NCBI GenBank assembly: GCA_963691875.1
Contig: OY829846.1
Location: 4,320,001-4,384,000, forward strand
From: Aureliella sp.
GTDB lineage: Bacteria > Planctomycetota > Planctomycetia > Pirellulales > Pirellulaceae
Reading direction: 5' to 3'
DNA: 64,000 nucleotides
Below, piece after piece: positions 29,350 through 37,909 of this stretch. The notes beneath the pieces were generated by a model that was not told where the DNA came from, did no database searches, and saw only the letters and a list, made by a program, of their open reading frames with translations. Each line of letters opens with the position of its first letter. Within the stretch, counting starts at the first letter, position 1. The position numbers and the translations under genes were made by a program.

Positions 29350-30978
29350 ATGCGAAATCGAACCTCTCACTGGATCGCTGTTTGCTGCATCGCTGTGTTT
29401 TCGCTTGTTGCCAGTCCTGTTGCATCCCAAGCGGACGAACGACCGAACGTCATCGTTTTCCTAGCAGATGATCTCGGCTTCTCCGACATCGGATGCTACG
29501 GTGGCGAGGTAGAAACTCCTGTTCTTGATTCTTTGGCCGCCGGTGGATTGCGTTACACGCAGTTCTACAATACGGCTCGTTGCTGGCCCACTCGAGCCGC
29601 GATTCTGACCGGATACTACCCTCAGCAGATTGGCCGTGATGCCTTGCCGGGTGTTCCAGGCGGCAATCGATTCGGTCGTCCCGATTGGGCTGAGCTTGTA
29701 CCCAAGAAACTCAAGCCACTTGGCTATCGCAGCTACATTTCTGGCAAGTGGCACATCGATGGCAAGCCGATCGCCAACGGCTTCGACCGCAGCTTCACGA
29801 TGGATGATCACAATCGCTTCTTCAATCCTCAGAACATGTCCGAGGATGACAAGCGACTGCCTCCCATCCCCAAGGGCACTGACTACTATGCCACAACGGG
29901 AATTGCCGACCATGCAATTAAGGTGCTGAAGGAACACGAAGCTTCGCACTCTGACAAACCGTTCTTTCACTACGTCGCCTTTATCTGTCCGCATTTCCCA
30001 CTGCATGCACCTGCCAAAGAAATCGCCAAGTATAAAGGGCGCTTTGACAACGGCTGGGATGTCGCGCGTCAGCAACGATTCCAACGGATGAAAGATATGG
30101 GCATCGTGCGAGGTGAGTTATCCAAATTAGAGCCCGAGATCGGACCGCCTTATACAAAGTGGTCCGATCCCGCCAAGGAGCAGCTGGGCGAGAAGGAAGT
30201 CGTTCTTGAGAAGAGCTGGAACGAACTAAGCAAAACGCAGCAAGCCTTCCAAGCTACCAAGATGGAAATTCACGCCGCCATGGTCGACAAGATGGATCAG
30301 GAGATCGGTCGCGTCATTGATCAAGTCAAAGCCATGGACGAGTTCGAGAATACACTCATTCTGTTCTTGTCTGACAACGGCGCCAGTGCTGAAATCATGA
30401 TTCGCGGTGACGGGCACGATGACAATGCATCCCCTGGTTCGGCCGAGTCCTATCTTTGCCTGGGCCCCGGCTGGTCCAGCGCTGCCAACACACCGTTTCG
30501 CCGGCACAAGACTTGGGTTCACGAAGGGGGAGCTGCCACACCACTCATCGCTCACTGGCCCAAAGGCATCGCCGCCCGAGGAGAGCTTCGCCAACGCGTC
30601 GGCCACGTCGTTGACATTCCTCACACCATCGTCGATCTAGCCGGTGGCAAGTGGTCGAATGAATTTCAAGGTAAACCGATTCCTGAGAGTCCTGGTGCAA
30701 GTATTGCTCCATCTTTCTCCGAGGATATCAATCCACAGCGTAGCCTATGGTGGTTGCACGAAGGTAATCGTGCGGTTCGCAAAGGCAACTACAAGCTTGT
30801 CGCCGCGAAGAACGAGTCCTGGCAGTTATACGACATGACTGAAGACCGCGCCGAGTCGAACGATCTCCGGGTCAAGATGCCCGCCAAAGCCCGCGAACTA
30901 CAGGACGAGTGGCAAGCCATCACCGACCAATATGAACGCCTCGCCAAGGAACGCATGCGGAAAAAAAAGGGTAAGTAG
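29350..30978 (+). CDS. Arylsulfatase (Cys-type formylglycine, S1 family)
   Basis: PNVIVFLADDLG, CWPTRAAILTG, GKWH, SDNG, signal peptide. Confidence 0.93.
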   Translation: MRNRTSHWIAVCCIAVFSLVASPVASQADERPNVIVFLADDLGFSDIGCYGGEVETPVLDSLAAGGLRYTQFYNTARCWPTRAAILTGYYPQQIGRDALPGVPGGNRFGRPDWAELVPKKLKPLGYRSYISGKWHIDGKPIANGFDRSFTMDDHNRFFNPQNMSEDDKRLPPIPKGTDYYATTGIADHAIKVLKEHEASHSDKPFFHYVAFICPHFPLHAPAKEIAKYKGRFDNGWDVARQQRFQRMKDMGIVRGELSKLEPEIGPPYTKWSDPAKEQLGEKEVVLEKSWNELSKTQQAFQATKMEIHAAMVDKMDQEIGRVIDQVKAMDEFENTLILFLSDNGASAEIMIRGDGHDDNASPGSAESYLCLGPGWSSAANTPFRRHKTWVHEGGAATPLIAHWPKGIAARGELRQRVGHVVDIPHTIVDLAGGKWSNEFQGKPIPESPGASIAPSFSEDINPQRSLWWLHEGNRAVRKGNYKLVAAKNESWQLYDMTEDRAESNDLRVKMPAKARELQDEWQAITDQYERLAKERMRKKKGK

Positions 30979-31289
30979 TTGCATTGATGGGTGGACGCCG
31001 AAGCGACATTTTGCTTCCTAAGTCGAATCGAGCGAGGGTGCAAGGCGTCGAGACAATCGCATCGCTAGCCCAGCCAGTGACCTTACAGGGTTGGACGCGC
31101 ATGGATGATAGGCTCTAGAAGTGCCATACCGTAGATCGGCTGTCTGGGCTCAGGCGAGTTAACGATGTAGGTGGCAAATACCCCACAAGCTTGCAGACAA
31201 GCCGATCTCGAAGGCTCCCTGGTGCAGACATCACGCCGTCCTTCACCGCGGACGTTAACCTTAGACCATCGCTTGTAGTGGATCACGAG

Positions 31290-32247
31290 GGCAATTCTGC
31301 GATCTGCAAATAGAAGCCCTTTGCTGTTAAGTAGTCTCCGCGGTTGTTCGACATAAGCGAAAGCCCGCTGAGTCAAAAGCTCAGAGTAAAGATGCCAGTC
31401 AAAACCCCCGCGCTCCAGGATGAAAAATCGCACCGGTTTCGACGCGCTTGCGTCGCCGTGAACCGGACTGTCGATCTAGTTCGCGTTTTTTTCTGGACGA
31501 AGTAAGAAATTCGACCAATCTTTTCACCCTTTCCCGATCATTCGTGATGTGGATTCTAGGGCTAAACTGGCTCCAGTGCAGGAGGGTAGCATGGTCCAAA
31601 GAATCGTCGGTAACTTACTTGGTCCAGTCGCCTAGGTGCTGGTCATGCAACATCGTTAGACGGCAGCATGCTCTTGGATCTCTCCCGCAGCGATTACTTC
31701 GACGCAAGCCATGCTGTGTGCGAACCAAAGCACCTATTCGAACCCGAGCTGCAAGTCTTCTTTGCGGTGAGCCTGCATGCGAGCGTAGCGGGCTGATTCG
31801 ATAATCCAAGTTGTCGCCATCATGTGCTCGTTGGCTTGATCCTCTATGGCGACCGTGTTGGCCGAGTCAAACCATTTGCCAATCGAAGGATCGTCGCGTT
31901 AAACAAGTTTACGTTTGGCGAAGAAGTTGCAGGAGAACGCGGTTCGAGAAGAACCTTCGACCATGTGCTTGAAACGCGTCCTGGGAATGACTTCGTCATG
32001 GATATTGATGCCGTCTTTGACGAAGCAGCGAACGATCCGTGTTTCGTCGCCAGGTCATTCCATCGGCCTCGATGATCCAAAGGGCCGATTGGCCGCTTGC
32101 GCCACATGAGTTTTTCTTCCAAGCTGCTGACGAACACTGCCGCCAGAATTTGGCGGTCCTCTTCTAATGGTCGACAAAGGAATCGAGTGCATCGCGAAAC
32201 TCCTTCGCCGATTCATGCGCGTCGAAAGGTAGTAGTTGATGTGCCAT
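31290..32247 (-). pseudogene. Nucleotidyltransferase-like gene, heavily degraded
   Basis: Frame-hopping translation: MAHQLLPFDAHESAKEFRDALDSFVD / LEEDRQILAAVFVSSLEEKLMWRK / LWIIEADGM / RIVRCFVKDGINIHDEVIPRTRFKHMVEGSSRTAFSCNFFAKRKLV*RDDPSI..., with several stops and frameshifts. The 3' end is approximate. Confidence 0.6.
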
Positions 32248-32497
32248 CAGTACTTCTTTCCTAACTCCACTTCTAGCCAAGAAGTGATGTCTTGTTTCCG
32301 AGAAGTTGAGTGTTGGCTATTCGCTTGTCGTTCCGAAAGGCCTGGTTTCGATTACATTAGTCTCTTCGCACTGATCGATAAGTTTGAAGTTTGGCTAATT
32401 CTATCGATTTGAAAGTGCCTCCGATTGTTGACGGCAAGCTCGTGATCCAATCGAAGATGCAGATCCGTCCTCAGCAGCACCTACTTTCTCAAGATTC

Positions 32498-34009
32498 ATG
32501 TCCGCGTCGCCACTGCTTGAAATGCAAGAGATCTGCAAGCGATTTGGGCCAACGGTCGCTCTGGACAATGTTGGTTTGGAGGTGAATGCGGGCGAAGTGC
32601 TGGCTCTGATCGGCGAAAACGGAGCAGGTAAAAGCACGCTGCTCAAAGTGCTGAGCGGTGCTCATCGTGCGGACTCAGGTCGCGTCAAGTTAGCCGGGCA
32701 AGCATTTCAGCCAACTGGGCCATCGAGTTCCCGTCGTTCCGGAATCGCGATGATTTATCAGGAGCTGAATCTGGCTCCGGACTTATCGGTGGAAGACAAC
32801 ATCTTGCTGGGCCAAGTCGGAACGGGTGGAGGTTCTCTTTTTCGCGCCAAGCAACGTGGGCGAGTCCAAGATGCGTTGGAAACGGTGGGTCTCGCAGAGC
32901 TTGACCCGCGGGCAAGGGCAGGGGAACAGTCAGTAGCAACGCAGCAGCTTGTAGAGATTGCTCGGGCGCTAGCAAGTGACGCGAAAGTCATTTTGTTCGA
33001 CGAGCCGACCAGTTCTTTACCTCAGAGAGACGTTGCTCGGTTATTTGAGATCATCGATCGACTCAAGGCGACTGGAATAGCAATTGTTTACATCAGTCAC
33101 TTTCTGGAAGAAGTTCGTCGCGTAGCAGATCGATACACGGTGCTTCGTGACGGGCACAGTGTCGGAAGTGGTGATGTCGCCGCAGTTGCTGACGAGGAGA
33201 TCGTTTCCTTGATGGTGGGGCGTGATGTGGACGATCTGTTTCCCGTCGCACCGCACGAGCCACGGGATACTTGGGTCGAGGCAAAGGATATCACCGGTTT
33301 GGGCTATCCCAAGTCGGTAAGCTTGCAACTGCGTTCGGGAGAGATATTTGGAGTGGCAGGATTAGTGGGCTCAGGACGCACTGAATTGCTCCGCTGTTTA
33401 TTCGGGCTCGACACCGCGCGTGGAGGTATAAGCAAAGAAAAGCGTTATGTTGGCCCTGGAGTTCGCGCAAGAATGCGAGCTGGTTTTGGCATGTTGTCGG
33501 AGGACCGGAAATCAGAAGGGCTGGCACAGGACATGTCGATCATTGAAAATATCACGATTAGCAATTTACGTCCTTACTCGACGGTTGGAATCTTGAACTT
33601 GCGAAAGAGAGATGTCAAGGCGACGGAACTGATGCAGAAGGTCGAGGTGAAAGCTCATAGCGGCCATCAGCTTGTATCCGAGCTTTCTGGCGGCAACCAG
33701 CAGAAGGTTGCGATTGCCCGGATCTTGCATCAAGAGTCAGATGTCTTGCTCATGGATGAGCCAACCAAAGGGATCGACGTCGGTACGAAGGCTGAGATCT
33801 ATCGCATGATGGGCGAGTTGGCCGCAGATGGCAAGACAATAGTTTTTGTTAGTTCCTATCTGCCAGAGTTGCTGGCGGTTTGTGATCGGATTGGCGTGAT
33901 GGATCGAGGTCAGCTTTGCGAAGTCCGCGATGCGGCGGATTGGTCTGAGAATGATATTTTGAAAAGCGCCATTGGGTTGGCGGAAGAAGAGGCTTCGTCT
34001 AGCTCATGA
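32498..34009 (+). CDS. Sugar ABC transporter ATP-binding protein (RbsA/MglA type, two NBDs)
   Basis: GENGAGKST, DEPTS, GLVGSGRTE, LSGGNQQK, DEPTKGID. Confidence 0.95.
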   Translation: MSASPLLEMQEICKRFGPTVALDNVGLEVNAGEVLALIGENGAGKSTLLKVLSGAHRADSGRVKLAGQAFQPTGPSSSRRSGIAMIYQELNLAPDLSVEDNILLGQVGTGGGSLFRAKQRGRVQDALETVGLAELDPRARAGEQSVATQQLVEIARALASDAKVILFDEPTSSLPQRDVARLFEIIDRLKATGIAIVYISHFLEEVRRVADRYTVLRDGHSVGSGDVAAVADEEIVSLMVGRDVDDLFPVAPHEPRDTWVEAKDITGLGYPKSVSLQLRSGEIFGVAGLVGSGRTELLRCLFGLDTARGGISKEKRYVGPGVRARMRAGFGMLSEDRKSEGLAQDMSIIENITISNLRPYSTVGILNLRKRDVKATELMQKVEVKAHSGHQLVSELSGGNQQKVAIARILHQESDVLLMDEPTKGIDVGTKAEIYRMMGELAADGKTIVFVSSYLPELLAVCDRIGVMDRGQLCEVRDAADWSENDILKSAIGLAEEEASSSS

Positions 34010-35043
34010 ATCAGTTCGCAAAGTTTTTTAGTTGGCTATCGCGGTCGCAGGCCGGGCCATTTTTCGCTCTCGTCGCGATTGTCCTGTTCTTCGCTGGCGT
34101 CGATTTCATACAAGGAAGCGGGACGTTTCTTTCGATGAATAACATCCGCATCATGATGGGCCCAGCGGCCCTGATCGCTATACCGGCTCTGGGTATGACC
34201 ATGATTATTATTTCGGGTGGAATCGATCTCTCAGCTGGCACTGCTCTCACGCTCAGTGGAACGGTAATGGCAGTCACGCTCAATGCTCTGCCGATGACGA
34301 GTGAAGAACCCAAGTTCGGATCCTACGTGTTCGGTGTCCTGATGCTAACCGTGCTTGTAGGTTCCGTATGTGGCCTTATCAATGGTTTGATTATTAGCCT
34401 TTCCAAAGTGGTGCCCTTTATCATCACGCTTGGAACCATGTCGATTTTTCTCGGCATTGGCCAAGTTGTTTCCGGTCAGGCAACGGTAACGGTAGGCAGA
34501 GACTATCGCCCGGGGTGGCTTGAAATGGGCTATACGGGTCCAGTTGCGGAGAAGTACTATTTGATTCCCTACGTACCCACCAATGCAATTCTTGCCATAG
34601 TGCTTGCAATTCTTCTGACCGCAGTGCTTCGATACACGGTCTTCGGGAGAAATATCTATGCAATTGGGAGCAACGAGTCTACAGCACGACTTTGCGGTAT
34701 CAGCGTCACTCGCACAATTCTTTGTGTTTATTGTCTGGCAGGCGTGTTTGTTGCCATCGGAGGTGTCGCAGCCCTCGCCAATAGCAAAACGATGAATCCA
34801 ATCGAAGGTCAAGGCAAAGAGCTCGAGATCATCGCCGCAGTTGTGCTCGGTGGGGGGAGCCTAACAGGAGGCCGAGGTTCGGCTATTGGGACTGTGATTG
34901 GCGCTATGATTTTCGTGGTGATCTCAAATGGTTGCACGATGTGGGGGATTTCGTCCACATACACGCATATCGTTATCGGTTGCGTGATCATCGTAGCTGT
35001 GGTGCTGGATCAACTCCGGCGACGGTCGCTCGCGTCAACCTAA
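34006..35043 (+). CDS. Sugar ABC transporter permease (RbsC type)
   Basis: GGIDLSAG, PFIITLG, FGRNIYAIGSN, ELEIIAAVVLGG. Confidence 0.95.
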   Translation: MNQFAKFFSWLSRSQAGPFFALVAIVLFFAGVDFIQGSGTFLSMNNIRIMMGPAALIAIPALGMTMIIISGGIDLSAGTALTLSGTVMAVTLNALPMTSEEPKFGSYVFGVLMLTVLVGSVCGLINGLIISLSKVVPFIITLGTMSIFLGIGQVVSGQATVTVGRDYRPGWLEMGYTGPVAEKYYLIPYVPTNAILAIVLAILLTAVLRYTVFGRNIYAIGSNESTARLCGISVTRTILCVYCLAGVFVAIGGVAALANSKTMNPIEGQGKELEIIAAVVLGGGSLTGGRGSAIGTVIGAMIFVVISNGCTMWGISSTYTHIVIGCVIIVAVVLDQLRRRSLAST

Positions 35044-35121
35044 TCTAATATCCACCCTCGTAGCTTCTGTTCAGTCGCTATGTGCCAGGCTGTCTTGTAT
35101 GTGGTTTGAGAACGCTCAGCT

Positions 35122-36444
35122 TCAAGCCCGGATTGCGACGCGAACTCCGCTCGACGGTCCCATCGTCACGTTTCGGCGAACAGGGTGAACTGGTCGAGTT
35201 TCTAGGAGTTCTAAGTCATATTGTGAAAAAATCGTTCCAAGCGCAATCGTCATCTCGTACAGTGCAAAGGCGGAACCTGCACACCGTCTAGCTCCGCCGC
35301 CAAACGGAAAATACTCGTTGGATGCAAAGTTGCGTTCCAGGAAGCGCTCGGGAAAGAATGCCTTTGCATCAGGGTAGATTTCTTCGTTGTAGTGGACCGC
35401 TACAGTCGCTGGTGCGAGTGCTACACCTGCTGGAAGTTGATACCCAGCAAATTCCATCGGTTTGTTCAGTACGCGCAAGACTTCTGTGACGATTGGGTTG
35501 AGACGCAGGGTTTCAGATACGACAGCTTTGAGGTAAGGCAATTTTGCAAGCTCCGCTGGATCGCTTGAATCGCAGGACGCGAGTTCTTGCTTGAGTTTTT
35601 CCAGCTTGTTGGGAGCGGAAAGTAGAAAGTAAGTTGCCCATGCCATCGCGATGGCGGACGTCTCGTGTCCAGCAAAAAGAAAGGTTCCCAGCTCGTCGAA
35701 AATTCGATCGGAGCTCATGCCGGAACCGTCTTCGTACCTAGCATCCATCAGGAGCGAGAATACATCTTCGCTTGGTTTGGGATTCTGCTTGCGTCGTGAC
35801 AGCTCCTCGTCGAAGGCATTTCGCAGTTGCTTGCGAGCTTCAAGGAATCGATCCCAAGGACTGAGCCCAAAGAAAGAGATTTGTGACCTTGGCGAAAAGA
35901 AGAGTATTGGCAACGATCTTCGAATCGTTTCCCTGGCACGTTGCATTAGTCGCAAGGTCGCGTCTTCGTCTTGGCTTCCCAGGATCGCTTCAATAATGAC
36001 TTGTAGTGAGACAGCTGTGGTCACATCCAGCATTTGGAAGGATGTCGCTGACTGTCGCTCTGCCATTTTCGCCAGGGTCGCCTGTCGCACGATACTGCCA
36101 TACGACTGCATCCGCTGCCCGTGGAACATGGGCATCATGAGTTTGCGTTCTTGACGATGTTGCTCACCATCGATGGCGAGCATTGAGCCAGCGCCAAGTG
36201 TTGGGACGAGGGCTCTTTTGCCGAAAGCATCGAATTCTCCTGCGCTATGGGAGAAAACTTGCTTGACTAACTTAGGGTTGCCAGTAATGACGATTGGCCC
36301 GTTCAGCGCATGAACCAGAAAGGGATCGCCATAGCGCTCGAACCACTTCGAGAATGCTTTTTGCGGATTCCTGAGAACTTGCAGTGTATTCAGAAGTTTG
36401 CTGCCGCCAGGACCGGGTGGTAGCCTACCGTTCAAATTGCTCAA
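35122..36444 (-). CDS. Cytochrome P450
   Basis: FAGHETS (I helix), ETLR, PERF, FGGGARRCAG heme ligand. Confidence 0.95.
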   Translation of the reverse strand: MSNLNGRLPPGPGGSKLLNTLQVLRNPQKAFSKWFERYGDPFLVHALNGPIVITGNPKLVKQVFSHSAGEFDAFGKRALVPTLGAGSMLAIDGEQHRQERKLMMPMFHGQRMQSYGSIVRQATLAKMAERQSATSFQMLDVTTAVSLQVIIEAILGSQDEDATLRLMQRARETIRRSLPILFFSPRSQISFFGLSPWDRFLEARKQLRNAFDEELSRRKQNPKPSEDVFSLLMDARYEDGSGMSSDRIFDELGTFLFAGHETSAIAMAWATYFLLSAPNKLEKLKQELASCDSSDPAELAKLPYLKAVVSETLRLNPIVTEVLRVLNKPMEFAGYQLPAGVALAPATVAVHYNEEIYPDAKAFFPERFLERNFASNEYFPFGGGARRCAGSAFALYEMTIALGTIFSQYDLELLETRPVHPVRRNVTMGPSSGVRVAIRA

Positions 36445-36655
36445 TCTACTACCCTCCGCATATCAGATGAGCCCAGTTTAATTACCCCTGAGGAAGTTGC
36501 TGCGGAACACTGGGCAGATTGTAACTGGTTAGAATTCGGGGAGGATTGCCGCTGGTCAATGGTCCCGGTTCTAGGAGGTGCTTATGTTGCCGCGAGACGT
36601 CTCGGTAAGTTGCGTGGGCGAGACGAAATCGGCTAATTCCTACACTCCAGCCTGC

Positions 36656-37627
36656 TTACTTCCGAAATGAGGGCTTGTAGAACTTGCGGCCCATGTTGGG
36701 GTGGTAGGCGGTCCACTCGCTGTCGGTGTTGCGGTCAGCTTCGACGACTTCGATCGCGTTGTTAACTTTGGCATCGAGATCATCAATGTGAGCCAGAACA
36801 ATGGCTTCCAATGTCATTGGAACCTTGGGGCTACCATGCTCAAGCACTCCATGATGGCTGATCACCATGTGCTGCAGTCTTAAGAGAATCTCTCCTGGCA
36901 CTGCTTCCCCCGACTCGCGTTCGATGCGCAGCGCACGCTTTTCGAGTTCCGCTGCACCTTGTACCAAGTGGCCGAGCAACTGACCAGAGTCGGTGTAGGA
37001 CAGCTCACCGTCGTAGCTCAGCTCGTCCACTTTGCCCAAGTCATGCAAGAACACGCCAAGCAGCAGCATATCCACATCTAGCTGAGGATAGTTCGGAGCG
37101 ATCGCGACCGCGATGCGAAGCAAGTCGATTACGTGCCGCAACAAGCCGCCTTCGTAGGCATGGTGCGTTTTGATACCTGCGGGTGCACGACAAAACTTGT
37201 CCATTAATGCTTCATCGTTTAGGTATGAGGTTGCGAAGCGGCGCAGATGTGGATTGCTGAATCCACCCAGCGTGGAGTGCAGCTCATGGAGCAGCTCTTC
37301 CGCTTGCTTGGCATTGGTTTTGGAGAAGTCCTCGATGTTGACTTTGGCAGATGGTACGACTTCAAAGTCTTGAACAATGATCTGCAACATACCATTATGA
37401 AGCTGAGCATTACCCATCACGCGGATGTAGTCGCCTTTTTGAAAAGTCTCGTAAAGCGACTGGCCAGCATTCCAACGTAGTCCGCTTATCTGACCGGTAC
37501 GATCCATCATTTGCAGCAGCAGGTAATCATTACCCTGCCGGTTGGATCGCACTTGTTTGTCCGCCACACGGTAGATCTCATCGACGGAATCTCGATCGCG
37601 TAAGTCGGCGATAAACTGGCGTTGCAT
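36656..37627 (-). CDS. yhaM: 3'-5' exoribonuclease YhaM/CBF1 family (OB fold + HD)
   Basis: DRTG OB domain, HHAYEGGLLRH, LHDLGK, SHHG, DDLDAK. Confidence 0.88.
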   Translation of the reverse strand: MQRQFIADLRDRDSVDEIYRVADKQVRSNRQGNDYLLLQMMDRTGQISGLRWNAGQSLYETFQKGDYIRVMGNAQLHNGMLQIIVQDFEVVPSAKVNIEDFSKTNAKQAEELLHELHSTLGGFSNPHLRRFATSYLNDEALMDKFCRAPAGIKTHHAYEGGLLRHVIDLLRIAVAIAPNYPQLDVDMLLLGVFLHDLGKVDELSYDGELSYTDSGQLLGHLVQGAAELEKRALRIERESGEAVPGEILLRLQHMVISHHGVLEHGSPKVPMTLEAIVLAHIDDLDAKVNNAIEVVEADRNTDSEWTAYHPNMGRKFYKPSFRK

Positions 37628-37909
37628 ACTGGAACAATTCTAGAAAACGTAGGACGCGAGCTTGTCGCGAGTGAGCGAATGATGACTCCAGGGATTGTAA
37701 CGCTGTAGCCTTCAGCCAGTTAGGCCTGATGCCAGCCTAGCGCGAATACAGGACGAAAGGAAAGATTTGCAGCCAAAATAGGCCGTGGACCTGCTCGAGA
37801 ATCGGCTTTGCTTGCTCTAGCTATCGTAAGATGGGCCCTTTTCAGGCATCTAGAACGTGGGTCGGCCGCTTAGCCAACCTGGAGATAGTCCTTTTTGTTC
37901 GAACTACTG

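Noticed and set aside
31083..32137. Several 60-120 aa ORFs as separate genes
   Set aside because: They are fragments or shadows of one minus-strand pseudogene.
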